A DNA stretch of 64,000 bases from the NCBI RefSeq assembly GCF_006345805.1, contig NC_042999.1, positions 42,718,001 to 42,782,000 on the forward strand, in the 5' to 3' direction. A program made the position numbers and the translations under genes. Below, piece after piece: positions 13,642-27,610 of this stretch. The notes beneath the pieces were generated by a model. It made no database searches. It saw only the letters and a list, made by a program, of their open reading frames with translations, and was not told the origin of the DNA. The first letter of the stretch is position 1. The number at the start of each line of letters is the position of its first letter. The DNA comes from Octopus sinensis (lineage: Eukaryota).

Positions 13642-13790
13642 ATATATATATACATACATACATACATATATTATATATATATATATTTTTTTTTTTTTTC
13701 TTTCTAGTTTCAGCTCAGAGCTGCAGCCATGCTGATGCACCGCCGTTTTGTGCTACACTGTTATTGCGACGAACCTCGTCTAATATATAT

Positions 13791-13836
<46 letters not shown>

Positions 13837-13886
13837 CCACGTCCTCGCGTTGATGTGTTTTTTTGTGTTTTCTTGTTTGGATTAGC

Positions 13887-13922
<36 letters not shown>

Positions 13923-14568
13923 ATATATATACATATATATACATATGTATGTATATTTTACACCATCCAACCCATGCTAGCATGGAGAACGGACGTTAAA
14001 CGATGACGATGATGATGATGATGATGATGATGATATATATATGTGTGTGTGTGTAAACATATATATATATATACATACACACATACACATACATATGTAT
14101 AAATACATATGTATATATACATATATACACATATATATAAAAAAAAGAGATATACATATATACACATACATATATATGCATACATATACATGGATATATA
14201 TACATATATATATGCATATATATATATGTGTGTATATATAATTATATATATATACATACATATATATATACATACATATATATACACATATATATATACA
14301 CATACATATACATGGATATATATACATATATACATATATATACACATATATATACATATATATATACATACATACATATATACATACATATATATATATA
14401 TACATATATATACATACATATACATACATATATATAATACATATATATATATATACATAATATACATACATATACATACATATACATACTACATATATAC
14501 ATATATACATATATATACATATATATACATACATACATACATATACATACATACATACATACATATAT

Positions 14569-14600
<32 letters not shown>

Positions 14601-14630
14601 TATATATATACATACACACACACACACACA
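13405..14630. repeat. TA/TACA-rich low-complexity tract with short Penelope-like ends and an RTE tail embedded
   Basis: Directly visible. Source of many YI/MY ORFs. Confidence 0.95.
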
Positions 14631-14689
14631 CATGCAGAGAAAAGATTAAAGAAAATCCTAGCTAGCGCAGTGTAAATAAACCAATTTAC

Positions 14690-14764
14690 CTGTCAACAAC
14701 TGGTTGAGCAACATGCTTAAAGATAACATCTTGCTGGATGTCTTGGTTGAAGACATTTTGGAAC
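14690..14764 (-). CDS. KIF6: KIF6 coding exon 3 (K-FQNVFNQDIQQDVIFKHVAQPVVD-S/R)
   Basis: Acceptor ttttatttcttcttctttaattatttcag| and donor CAG|GTAAAT. 75 nt. AA+G completes the Lys codon from exon 2. Kinesin motor segment just before the GYNGTIFAYGQTGSGKT P-loop, whose exon I could not find in the window. Confidence 0.95.
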
Positions 14765-15569
14765 CTGAAATAATTAAAGAAGAAGAAATAAAAATTATGA
14801 TAGAAGCAAGCCAGATAAGGCAAAAATCTCTAGCAGTTCTAAGATACGTAGGTTTGAAAACTTTGCCAGAGGCGAGCTTCACATTGAACAAAAGCACATT
14901 TCTTTGATATGTACATCAACATTTATACATATTTATGGTACATGCATATGTGTGTGTATTTATCTCTGTGTGTTTGTGTCTGTGTGTGTGCTATGTGTGC
15001 ATGTTTCTGTAAATGTGTGTATGTGTTAGTCAAACCAACTTCCCCATAATTATGTTGTTTACCATCAAAGTTTTCTAATCTACAGATTTAACTTTTTTCA
15101 TATTATGTTATTCAGAGTACATATGAAAGTGTTTATATCCTAGTAGCTAACATGTTCCTTTTCCATTTGCCTCTATAGGCTCTTTTATTTATGGTGTACT
15201 TTTCTTTCCTTGATGCACCAACTCAACCTACATGCTCCGTCATAATTTCTTATACACTATTCACAATAGGCGTAGGCATGGTCGTGTGGCTAAGAAGTTT
15301 GCTCCTCAACCATGTGGTTCTGAGTTCAATCCCACTGTGTGACACGTTGGGTAAGTGCCTTTTACTATAGCTCTAGGCTGACCAAAGACTTGTGGGTGAA
15401 TTTGGTTCTTGGAAATGTAAAGAAGCCCATCATATTTATGTGTGTGTGTGTTTGTAAAAAATTAATAGAAATGGCTTTTCTGATAAATTTTCAATTTTAA
15501 TAATGAAAGTTTACAAAAGGTGACTCTGATAGGAGTTTCAAATATATAATTATGTACAAAGGACTTTCT

Positions 15570-15705
15570 ATTTCTTATTCTGTTGAAGAGCATAGGTTCA
15601 AAACATAAAAGTCTTTCTCACTTTCCCGAGCGTCAAGCTTATATACCTTCTTGTTGTTCATACACTTGTCTTCATCTTTTGTTTTTCTGTAAATTTCAAC
15701 TATAT
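15570..15705 (+). mobile_element. Diverged family A hammerhead-motif repeat
   Basis: ctgttga-a-gagc-atag-gttc-aaaac and the shared tail 'cgagcgtcaa..cacttgtcttcatcttttgtttttctgtaaat'. A further fragment lies at 8641-8745. Confidence 0.6.
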
Positions 15706-15816
15706 ATTCCAACTACATATATATAACCGAAGAGATGGTGGTGTGGATTTCCACCTCAGCATCCAAAACTCAGAGTTTTATCTTGGCTACCGAATAATTG
15801 TTACATATTAATTTAC

Positions 15817-15859
<43 letters not shown>

Positions 15860-15863
<4 letters not shown>

Positions 15864-16319
15864 CCAGCTCTGTCTGGCAACCATGTCGGTGGCACGTAAA
15901 AGCACCATCCGTTCGCGTCCGTTGCCAGCCTCGGCTGGCCCCCGTGCCGGTGACACGTAAAAGCACCGTCCGTTCGTGGCCGGTTGCCAGCTCTGTCTGG
16001 CCCCGTGTCGGTGGCACGTAAAAGCACCATCCGTTCGTGTCCGTTGCCAGCATCGCCTGGCCCCGTGCCGGTGACACGTAAAAGCACCATCCGTTCGTGG
16101 CCGTTTGCCAGCTCTGTCTGGCACCTGTGCAGGTGGCACGTAAAAAACACCCACTACACTCGCGGAGTGGTTGGCGTTAGGAAGGGCATCCAGCCGTAGA
16201 AACACTGCCAGATCTGACTGGGCCTGACGAAGCTTTCCAGCTTCACAGACACCAGTTGACCCGTCCAACCCATGCTAGCATGGAAAACGGACGCTAAACG
16301 ATGATGATGATGATGATGA

Positions 16320-16325
<6 letters not shown>
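15860..16325 (+). mobile_element. RTE 3'-UTR-derived repeat carrying an about 60-bp minisatellite, (GAT)n tail
   Basis: About 4.5 units of 'gttgccagc..gtcggtggcacgtaaaagcaccatccgttcg', then the common RTE tail 'ccatgctagcatggaaaacggacg..gatgatgat'. Confidence 0.8.
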
Positions 16326-16371
<46 letters not shown>

Positions 16372-16374
<3 letters not shown>

Positions 16375-16545
16375 AGATCGGTAACCACTACACACATTTT
16401 TTTTCTTTCTGTGTTCCTTTCTGTGGAAGAGCATAGGCTCGAAATGTTAAAGACTTTTTCAATTCCTGAGCATTATACTAATACATCTGTTTGCTTTCTA
16501 CACCACCTGTCTTTGTCCTTTGTTTTTTTCGTGAATTCTCTCTCA
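16372..16545 (+). mobile_element. Family A hammerhead-motif repeat
   Basis: cttt-ctgtgga-a-gagc-atag-gctc-gaaat-gtt-aaag at about 16417-16452. Flanked by (TA)n. Confidence 0.7.
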
Positions 16546-16789
16546 GTATATATATAGCACCTGATTTACACTGACCAAGTCGAGAAGATCTTTGATAAAA
16601 TGCATTCCAATCGTGACCGTTCCGTTTATTTTCCAGTGCGTAAGGAATCTTGGGTCATAATATATGAATGTGTTCATTAAATTTGGAAATCTATATTATG
16701 CACAACTACGTAGATGCTCCCATTCGATTGTACAGGATGTATAACGTATGTGGCTGGCAAGCTGCAGTGAAGTTCTTAAAAGTGAAGAG

Positions 16790-17465
16790 AGTAGGAGTGG
16801 CTGTGTAGTAAGTAGCTTGCTTACCAACCACATGCCTCTGGGTTCAGTCCCACTGTGTGGCCTCTTGGGCAAGTGTCTGCTACTATAGCCTCAGGCCAAC
16901 CAAAGCTTTGTGAGTGGATTTGGTAGACGGAAACTGAAAGAAGCCCGTTGTGTATATGTATATATATATGCATCATCATCATCATCATTTAACGTCTGTT
17001 TTCCATGCTAGCATGGGTTGGACGGTTCGACCAGGGTCTGGGAAGCCAGGAGGCTGCACCAGGCTCCTGTCTGATCTGGCAGTGTTTCTACAGCCAGATG
17101 CCCTTCCTAACGCCAACCACTCCGAGAGTGTAGTGGGTGCTTTTTACGTGCCACCAGCACAGGTGCCAGGGGGGGTGGCAACGACCATGATCAATTGGTG
17201 CTTTTTACATGCCACTGGCAATGTATATATGTGTGTGCGTGTGTGTGTGTGTGTGTTTGTGTTAGTCGCCCCAACATCACGTGACAACCGATGCTGGTGT
17301 GTTTACGTCCCTGTAACTTTGCGGTTCAGCAAAAGAGACCGATAGAATAAGTACTAGGCTTACAAAAAATAAGTCCTGGGGTCGATTTGCTCAACTAAAG
17401 GCAGTGCTCCAGCATAACCACAGTCAACTGACTGAAACAAGCAAAAGAGTAAAAGAGTAAAGAGA
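16790..17465 (+). mobile_element. CORE-type SINE (family B) with an RTE-tail fragment inserted in its linker
   Basis: Head and tail as in other family B copies. The (CAT)n-started RTE tail spans about 16970-17215. Confidence 0.75.
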
Positions 17466-17502
17466 GACCGACAACAGAATATAAATTATAAATGATGCTC
17501 AC

Positions 17503-17615
17503 TTGAACTTATACAATTCTTTCTTATTGTTTACAAATCCATCTGCAAACTCTTTAGGAACAACAAATTGGACAATTGAACTGCCATCAGCTTGATCATT
17601 TTCAATCTCAAAGAG
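17503..17615 (-). CDS. KIF6: KIF6 coding exon 2 (LFEIENDQADGSSIVQFVVPKEFADGFVNNKKELYKF-K)
   Basis: Acceptor poly-T ...ctttttccccag| and donor AA|GTGAG. 113 nt, phase 0 in and phase 2 out. Contains the KIF6-type motif DGFVNNKxExYKFK. Confidence 0.95.
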
Positions 17616-18110
17616 CTGGGGAAAAAGAAAAAAAAAAAAAAGTTAATCAATAAATATGTAAATAAGAGGTATTACACACACATGCAATGGGGTGCTGAAA
17701 AGTTCCTGGTTTGGGGTAAAAGAAAATACAAGAGGAGCAATTAATCATGATTTTATTCTACGTATTCCTCTCTCAGATTCACACACTTATTGCAGCAGTC
17801 CTTCAGTTTTTCTAAGCCCTGTAAAAGAACTTGGATTGTTGGGCCTCTAGCCAGGCCTTTCACAATACCCTTAAAGCCTGGAACTTTTCCGTACCCCTTC
17901 ATATATGATATAGTGAATTGAAAAACTTTGATTAACTAAATTATCTTTGTGGAGAAAAGACAGAAATTTCCTTTAGCACATATTTGAAATTTGGAACAAA
18001 ACAACAAAGGGAGATAACTCGAATAATATCAACTAATCCAAATTTTTTGAAAATAATATGTATATTCCTGTTATTAACAGCCAATCTTTTATTTGCTAAA
18101 GGATTATTAA

Positions 18111-18330
18111 CCCTTTTGTTACCAACCCGGCCGAAACAGGCTCTGGCTCTGAGTTCAAATGTCTTATTTTCATAAGTTTTGAATTAATATCTTCCACCAA
18201 ACCTTAGTCACAATTTATATTCTTAACACTAGCTGAATGATAACTAAGTTATTTTGCTGAATTCTTTGTTATATTTAAAGTAATTGAAAGAACCACAGAG
18301 CATCTCAAAATAAATACAGTAATGAAAGGG
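18111..18330. mobile_element. piggyBac-type MITE
   Basis: TTAA on both sides. TIRs CCCTTTTGTTAC / reverse complement CCCTTTCATTAC. Confidence 0.8.
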
Positions 18331-18396
18331 TTAAATAAATAATTACACTCTTGAGACAAGTCCAAGGAACTGGGTGATTGTTTTGTAGTTTATTTA

Positions 18397-19234
18397 CCAC
18401 AAATCCTCGAGTATAATCCGCATTTTTTCCCCAAAATTTAAAGGTGAAAATCTCTAGTGTGTACTATATATGAGGTTAAAAATGAAAATTATTTTCTAAG
18501 CAATCTCCGAGTCTCTATTTGCTGTCCGACAATGTTTATTCAGATACATTTTGTGATGTCGGGCGCGAAAATACCTTAAGCTAAGCCTGAAAGCAATGAA
18601 GTCATAAAAGAATCATCCATAACTTGCAGTGAGCAACATTTATTAAAATAAAAGTATTCAGAACACAGAATAACATGTACAAAAACAATTTGTAAACATA
18701 TTTACGTTCCTATATAACAGTTGAGAACATCACCATTATTGTATTACACATGCGCAGAAGTGTTTGTTCGACTAGGTGCTGCTGGCTTAATTATGCACGA
18801 ATTGTGCTAAATAGTTTAGCACTAAATAGTTCATCCTGCTGTTTGTATTGGCAGTTTGCATCATTACTGTGGCAAACAGTAGATAATTAAATACCAGTAT
18901 TAAATATTTGAACAACTGTGGATCTTTACTAGGGTTTTTTATAAGCAGAACTTAAACCTGTACATTAATCTCCAATAAAACCTTTTATACATTACATACC
19001 CATAAAATGCCTTGTAGATCTTATTCAGCTATGTTTAAACTTGAAGTTATATCATATGCAGCAGGATGTTACCGTATACATTTTTACAAACCAAGGACGT
19101 TATATAGACCTTCTTGACTCAAGTTAGAGAAGAGGTGCGCATTATTCACAAGGGTTAGGTTTTTCAGAGATACAGCCCCCTAAAAATCCCCTGTGTATTA
19201 TACTCAAGGGCGGACTATACTCGAGGATTTACGG
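18397..19234. mobile_element. Non-autonomous pogo/Tigger-like DNA transposon
   Basis: TA TSD. 25-bp TIRs ccacaaatcctcgagtataatccgc / ccgtaaatcctcgagtatagtccgc. No intact ORF. Confidence 0.8.
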
Positions 19235-19239
19235 TACTA

Positions 19240-19440
19240 ATCCTTTAGTATATGTAAAAAAAAAACATTGGCTATTGATAATAGGAAAGTACCAAATAAA
19301 ATTCATGTGAAGTGAGATAGTAAAGAGATGATGAGAGAAGGAAAGAAAGGTGTGTCGTATATATCTGAATATAAAGCTAGCTAGTTCAGACGAGTAGAAG
19401 CAATTATAGATGAGGTACAAAGAGGAGGTGGTGTTTTGAA
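19240..19440 (-). mobile_element. Penelope-like RT remnant
   Basis: Minus ORF ...FIFRYIRHTFLSFSH...MNFIW resembles the PLE FRYIDDIF...KFT motif, but is degenerate. Confidence 0.45.
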
Positions 19441-20319
19441 CTACTGGATGAAGTCTGTCACTGATTTAATATTTGTTAATCAATCAGATAGTTAGATGTA
19501 GATCTTGTCTTTAAAGTCAACTGGTGAATGCAACAGACACGTATTGATTTTCTTAGATCTTACCAGTGAATCATATTCAACTTAAATGGCTAGATGAAAC
19601 AGTGATCAACATGTATTGAAATAGAAAGAATGTAGCGACACTGATTATGAATATCAACAACAAGGCTGAAGGAACATACGTCAGTGTTCTGCATACTAAA
19701 TACTCAGTCAATACACTTTCATGTATGCTGAATATTCAGCTGAAAAAAGCTGCAAAATATACAAACAACAGTAAATGTGTTTGATGCCGTATCTTTCAGT
19801 GTTGTGATCTTAGCATCAACCTATCCACATCAGATTCCATTTTTAGAAAATGGTAGTGAATTAGCAGAGTCATGAGAGTCTAGGAACAGAATGCCTTGCC
19901 TTGCAGTATTTGTTCTAGTTCAGTGTATTCCGAATTCAAATCCTTCCAAGGTCAGCTTTGGCTTTCACCTTTTATGGTTCAATAAAATAAAATGGCTGTC
20001 TATGCTGATGAAATAGGTGAAGTATTTAGCACAAGATCTGGAGATAAGACGGTGTAGAGACGACAGACTTCTGGTGTGTCAGGTAGATATAAGTGGAGGT
20101 GGTATTTAGTTAGCTAGTACAGAAGAACAGAGGCTATTACAGTAGTGACAGAAGATGTACAAAGAGAAGATAGTGCCTTGAGATAGTGGACAAATCTTAT
20201 CAATGATTGAATCTTTGTTAATCAATCAAATAGCCTTCTTTTGGATACACATGCACAACAGCAGCACCTCAGAGGTTCAAACACTTCTCACACATGGATT
20301 TCATTGAAACTTGGAAGAA

Positions 20320-21340
20320 TCATCATTTAATGTCCATTGTCCAAGCTGGCATGGATTGGACGGTTTGACCAGGGCTGGTAAGCTGGAAGGCTGCACCCGA
20401 CTCCAGTCTGATTTGATATGGTTTGCTATGACTGGATGCCCTTCCTAACACCAACCACTCTGAGAGTGTAATGGGCACTTTTACGCCCCCACCGGCATGG
20501 GTACCGTTTGTGTGACATTGGTATCTGCCATGACTGTGATTTTTAACTTGGCTTGATGGGTCTTCTTCTGAAGTATGACATAATGCTAAAGGTCTTGACC
20601 ATTGCCTCCATGAGGCCCAACACTCGAAAGGTACTCAGCAGCTTTGCCTCTGTGAGGCCCAACACTCGAAAGGAACTCAGCCACTTTACCTCCAGGAGGG
20701 CCAACACACAAAAGGAACTTAGTTAGTTTCCCCCATGAAGCCCAATGCTCAAAAGGGTGCTCTTTACAAGCCACTGGCATGGGTGCCAGTTACATCACAC
20801 CAACATCAGCCTTGACTACAATTTCACTTTTCTTGAAGGGTCTTCTCAAGCGCAGCATATCACCAAATGTCTCGGTCACTAGTCACTGCCTCTGTGAGAC
20901 TCAAAGTTCGAAGACCCTGCTTCACCACTTCATCCCATGTTTCCCTGGGTCTACCTCTACCACAGGTTCCTTCCACAGTTATAGATCAGTACTTCTTTGC
21001 ACAGATGTCTTTGTCCATACGCATCACGTGACCATACCAGTGCAGCCATCTCTCTTGCACACCACATCCGATACGTCCTATACCTAACTTTTCTCTCAAG
21101 ATGCTTACACTCGGCCAAACATGCACACTGACATTGTACATCCATCGAAGCATACTGGCTTCATTTCTTTCAAGCCTATGCATGTCCATGGCTGTCACAG
21201 CCATGTAGCATGGCTTTTCAGACACAGGCATCATACAATCTGTCTTTCACTCTGAGAGAGAGGCCTTTTGTTACCAGCAGAGGTAGGAGCTCTCTGAGCT
21301 TTGCCCAGCCTAATCTTATTCTCACAGTCACGCTCTCACC
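20320..21340 (-). mobile_element. RTE LINE 3' part with 3' UTR repeats
   Basis: RLERNEASMLRWM...LHWYGHVMRMD is the RTE C-terminal domain. The UTR has tandem 'gaggcccaacactcgaaaggaactcagc' units. Confidence 0.85.
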
Positions 21341-21714
21341 ACCTAATCAGATATGAAGTATTTCAAGGTCCTACAGAGGAAACCTGGTTTAGTAATGTTA
21401 GACAAATGGAATTACCATGAAACATTTTGAGAGCATTTCTAGTGACATTGATGGTTTTAGCTGGATGTTGGATTTGGAGGATGTTGCTTTGGCACATGAC
21501 CTAGGACTACTGGTTAAGGTGTTGGGCTCACAATCATAATATTGTGAGTTCAATTCTTAGCCTAGATATGTTATGTCTTTGAGAAAGACACTCCAGTCTA
21601 CTCAGCTGAAAATTGGTTCCAATCTCGTACTGTTGCAACCCTCTCTTCTCCAACTGACACATCTTCAATGTTCCACAGAATCAATTGACACACTGCTCAG
21701 AACTATAAAAAAGA

Positions 21715-22045
21715 CCCCCTTTGTTCATGAATGACTATGAAATTGCACCTAGAAAGTTATCAACTGAGACACAAGTCTGGGCAGGGTTATTTATGGAAGA
21801 CCAGCAGCTGCCCATGCACACCAGCCTCCCCTATCTACGCCATCAATGTTATCCAAGGGAAAGGCAAAGGCCAATACAGCTTGGCACCAGTGACGTCGCA
21901 ACTCATTTCTACAGCTGAGTGAACTGGAGCAATGTGAAATAAAGTGACTTGCTCAAGAACACAACACACGACCTGGTCTGGGAATTGAACTCACTACCCC
22001 ATGATTGTGAGCCTGACACTCTAACCACTGAGCCATGCGCCTTCA
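21715..22045 (-). mobile_element. tRNA-derived SINE, head H1 + a third tail
   Basis: Head shared with 2370, 37640 and 59180 ('cagctgagtgaactggagcaatgtgaaataaagtg..' on plus). The tail is unrelated. Confidence 0.7.
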
Positions 22046-23411
22046 GTCAAAACTATACAGGCAATTAAAACAATTAGTAAAAGCATGATACATAGTACCA
22101 GGTCATACACATTTCCAAGAGACAGTTATAGTCTGATTGCTGGTGTGGACGATAGCAGCAGGGTATTCATTGGATAATCAGGAGGAAAATCAGAGCACAT
22201 GATTCCATACCTGGATTCAGAGGCTGGTGAGAGATGAGAGAGGAAGATATTTTCAAACCAAGGACATAAGTCAAATGCTTGCAACTAGCTTCACTCTGCA
22301 CCCAAAGATGAAATGGTGATATTAAACCATGCCTCAAATTATGGGGAATTTTCACACCAAAATTTAAAGTGAAAACAAGATGGTAACTTTTTAGAATCAC
22401 ATTTTTACCAAAACGATAGGTGGACTTAGACACCAAGACAACTTTGGATGATAAAGAATTACATGTGAAATACAGCAAGATTTACAAAGACAGCAATAAT
22501 ATTTGAATGCTTACACTATGTTTATATTATAGACTACTTCAGCTTGTATGTTGGAAAATACGGTAATGTTGTTTTTTCCACACTACATAATTATTTCTAA
22601 TCGCTCCATGCATTAAATATATTAATACTAATTTAACTATTATTTTTCATGCAGATGGCATCTCTGAGTCATTTACTTTACTTAGTAGGTGCTGATATTA
22701 CATAGGAAAACAGTCTACACACACACAAATTGTAAAGAACACATCGCTAATTCAAGAATGCAAAAATTCTAAATAAACATATCAACACTGAAAGCTAAAT
22801 TTATTAAAACTGTCTCTGTTTATCATCACCAAATGACTTCTTCATCACCTGACATTTCCAGAATAACATAAAAGTTATGTAAAATTAAAATTCATTTTAG
22901 TATACGAAAATAATAATTATTGCACAATTATGATAATGTTAATTTGTTTGTTTACCATACAGCCAACAAAGACAGCTATACAATAAAATGTTTTAAGTGC
23001 AATAGAATACCTTAAACAAACACAAACACACATGCATATACATACACATATACATACACTTACGCATACAAATATATACACAAATATATGTATATATATA
23101 TAATATATATATATATATATAATATACATACATATATCTACATATACATACATATACATACATATATTTACATATACATACATATATATACATATATACA
23201 TATATACATATATACATATATACATATATACATATATACATATATACATATATACATAAATATATATACATATACTTACATCATAATCATCATCATCATC
23301 ATCATTTAACGTCTGTTTTCCATGCTAGCATGGGTTGGACGGTTCGACCAGGGTCTGGTAAGCCATGGAGGCTGCAGCAGGTTCTAGTCTGATTTGGCAG
23401 TGTTTCTACAG

Positions 23412-23458
<47 letters not shown>

Positions 23459-23659
23459 CTTACATATGTATATATATATAAATGCATATTTATACATATA
23501 CATATATATACAAGTATATATATATGCATATACATACATATATACATATACATACACAGACATATATATACATATATACATAAATATATATACATATATG
23601 TATATATAAATATACATGCATATATATGTACATTCACACACACACACATATATATACAC

Positions 23660-24140
23660 ATGGTGGCTGCCCCCTCGTTATCGAGTATAGCCATTGCACG
23701 AAGCTTAATCAATGTTGTTATCGTGCAATGCCTGTGCAAGAAGATTTTTTTTAAAGTGAGGAAAGGCTGTGCACTGAGTCAATCTCACTCACTAAGCAAC
23801 AGCAGCCATAATCCGAAAAGAAGAACAAGTCAACATCATTGGTAACCACTGAGCCGCAGGTTTTATGTCGGAGTTATCCCAGTTACCTGAGTTACCTTCC
23901 CCTAGAAGGATGCCCTAACAAAGGCTAGGAGTCCTTCACTCCCAATGGTTTAACCGTGCGATCGGGTATTCAGTCCGATTATTTCTATGTCCCCGCACAT
24001 GATACATCCTTAAGAAATTTATTGGATGGCCATTGACTCTCAAGAGTTCCTCTGCCCTTTGACAGGTTTTGTTTTTCATCCCGCAGGGTGTCCAATAAAC
24101 ACCCTCCTCACCAAGCAAGCTTGGTGGGGTTACCGGTTTA
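23660..24140. mobile_element. Unclassified CpG-rich interspersed element, possibly an RTE-type 5' region
   Basis: Flanked by TA-rich repeats and non-coding. Terminal hairpins. Segment 'ttcccctagaaggatgccctaacaaaggctag' resembles RTE UTR sequence. Confidence 0.4.
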
Positions 24141-24209
24141 GTTACCGACATACATATATATATACATACACACACATATATATATACACACACACCACAT
24201 ATATATATA

Positions 24210-25170
24210 CATATCTGGCACCTGTGTCGGTGGCACATAAAAACACCTTCCGAAGACCCGGCAAGACTAGTCAGTCCACCTGTGCATACCTTCCTTCTTG
24301 TGACACTTGTGAAGACCGGTTGAGGCAAGTGAAAATCAAATCAAATCAAATCAAATCAAATCAAAATAGACAAAATAGATGAACATCAATGGAATTTGTA
24401 TCTTGTGGTACCAGTGCCTGTGACACACAAGAAATCCATCAGTGCTGTAGTCAGTGCGGTGGGCACATGACAAACACCATCCGATCGTGGCCGTTCGCCA
24501 GCCTCATCTAGCACCTGTGTCGGTGGCACATAAAAACACCATCCGAAGACCCGGCAAGACTAGTCAGGCCATAACCCATGGCCCCTACCTGGGACGTAGT
24601 CAGTCCACCTGTGCATACCTTCCTCTTGTGACACTTGTGAAGACCTGTTGAGGCAAGTGAAAATCAAATCAAAACAAATCAAAATAGATGAACATCAATG
24701 GAATTTGTATCTTGTGGTACCATGCCGGTGGCACGTGGCACACAATAAAACCATCCGAACGTGGCCGTAGCCAGTACCGCATCGACTGGCCTCCGTGCTG
24801 TGGGCACGTAACAAGCACCATCCGATCGTGGCCGTTTGCCAGCCTCATCTGGCACTGTGTCGGTGGCACATAAAAAACACCATCCGAGCGTGGCCGTCTG
24901 CCAGCCTCGTCTGGCACCTGTGTCGGTGGCACATAAAAAACACCATCCGAGCGTGGCCGTTTGCCAGCCTCGTCTGGCACCTGTGTCGGTGGCACATAAA
25001 ATCACCCACTACACTCTCAGAGTGGTTGGCGTTAGGAAGGGCATCCAGCTGTAGAAACACTGCCAGATCTGACTGGACTGGTGCAGCTTTCGGGCTCCCC
25101 AGACCCCAGTTGAACCGTCCAACCCATGCTAGCATGGAAAGCGGACGTTAAATGATGATGATGATGATGA
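24210..25170 (+). mobile_element. RTE 3'-UTR-derived repeat with an internal about 300-bp duplication and an about 62-bp minisatellite
   Basis: 24215-24440 is repeated at about 24510-24730. Three to four minisatellite units lie at 24795-25000. (GAT)n tail. Confidence 0.8.
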
Positions 25171-25659
25171 TATATATATATATATAGATATATACATACA
25201 TATATACATACATATATACATACACATATAGACTGCTGGCCTTTTGGGTCTAGCAGCCGTCATGGTAACACCAACATTTTTTTTTCTCTGCCCCAAGGCA
25301 CATTCCTAACACGCCACTTGAGCTTAATTCTTCCTAGTCAAAAGACGCCTGTTCATGATGTCCTGTTATTGTTATTAATATTATTATTATTATTGTTTTT
25401 ACGTATTATTTTTGTATTCATATTTGTGTAACATCGTCCGTTTTTCTGTCCTTGTTTTGTATACATTCGAAGCTTGTATACATTCGAGCTTGTATACATT
25501 CGAAGCTTGGGGCTGGCCAGATTGGAGCAATCTCAAGATTAATCAGTCGAAATTGCGAAGATGATCCAGTTCTTGACTGAAGATTGAAGGCTTCGAATGT
25601 CCCATCCGTATTTTTTGTGTCGCCATCTAAATGGTTTGCGTTCTTGTCCCAGTTTGTAT

Positions 25660-26509
25660 TTTTTATACGTACACATATAGATATATACATACACATATAG
25701 ATATATACATACACATGCATATATATACATACACTTGCATATATATAGATACACACATACATATTCACATATATATATACACACACACATATATATATAC
25801 ACATATAGAGACCAAAGTGTACTACGCCGCTATATATATATATATATTATATATATATATATATATAATATATATATATATATGTATTATATATATATAC
25901 ATACATATATATATATATATTCACACACATGCACACACACACAGAGAGCTTCAGTGCCGGTGGCACGTAAAAAGCACCCATTACACTCATGGAGTGGTTG
26001 ACGTTAGGAAGGGCATCCAGCAGTAGAAACATTGCCAGATCAGACTGGGCCTCGTGCAGCTTCTGGCTTCCCAGACCCCAGTTGCACCGTTCAACCCATG
26101 CCAGCATGGAAAGCGGACGCTGAACGATGATGATGATGATGATATATATATAATATATATATATATATAATATATATATATATATACATAGATATATATA
26201 ATATACATACATATAAATATATACATACACATATAGATATGCATACACATATATACATACATATATATATACATACATATATATATATACATACACATAT
26301 ATGTATGTATATATATGCATACACACACACACATATATATATATATACATACGTATATACATTTACTTAACATATACATATACATATACATACAAATATA
26401 TATATATATATATACACATATACATACATATATGTATATATATATGTACATTTATACATATATATATATATATATGTACATTTATACATATATATATATA
26501 GTACATTTA

Positions 26510-26561
<52 letters not shown>

Positions 26562-27558
26562 AGATATATACAGACATGTATATATACATATACATATATA
26601 TACATATATATACATATATATACATATATACATATATAATATTACATATATATATGCATATATACATATATATACTATATACATATAATATATACTGCAT
26701 ATATGTATACATATACATATACATCCATATATACATACATATATACATATATATATATTTATATATATATACATACACATATATACATGAATATATATAC
26801 ACATATATACATGAATATATATACACATACATACACATATATACATGCATATATATACATATACATATATACATGCATATATATACATATGCATACTCAT
26901 ATATACATGCATGTATATATACACACACACACATATATATATATACGTGCACATATATGCATATATATACATACATTTATACATATATACATACATTTAT
27001 ACATATATACATACATATATACACACACATATATATACATGTATATATATACACACACATACATACATGTGTACACATATATATACATATACACATATAT
27101 ATATATATGTACATTCGCACACACACACACTTATATGAATATATATATATATACATACATATATATATACATACATGCACACATACATACATACACACAT
27201 ACATATACATACAAACGCTCATACATAAACATATACATACCTACACTTATACATATACAGTTTAACCCATATACATACATATCGAAAGCGAGAGATAACA
27301 TAGAAATTAGAACAAACTTTTAAATGAATGAAGGAAAACAATAGACAGTCTACTTGTTATCTTTTCCAAAATATACACAAACAGTTTGATTAAAACCTCG
27401 GGTGTCTAAAAGAAAATGTTATCGAAACAATTACAAAGAAATCAGCTGTAAGAAGAGCGAGGACATGGTGAATGGTAAACAAACATTCTTGAAGCGAAAG
27501 TGCAAAAAAATAAACAAACACACACACACACCACATATATATATATATATATATAGAA

Positions 27559-27610
<52 letters not shown>

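Noticed and set aside
14658-14907. Track ORFs 14704-14907 (+) and 14658-14897 (-)
   Set aside because: Wrong strand or frame. The real coding piece is the 75-nt KIF6 exon in another minus frame.
22141-22480. Possible exon with donor CAG|GTATGG on minus (about 22211) and track ORF 22167-22478
   Set aside because: It does not fit KIF6 in any frame, and exons 1 and 2 already join in phase. More likely a very old LINE remnant.
25260-25640. Hammerhead-like 'ctgaagattgaaggcttcgaatgtc' and a 17-bp triple repeat
   Set aside because: GAAA is incomplete, and stems I and II do not pair convincingly.
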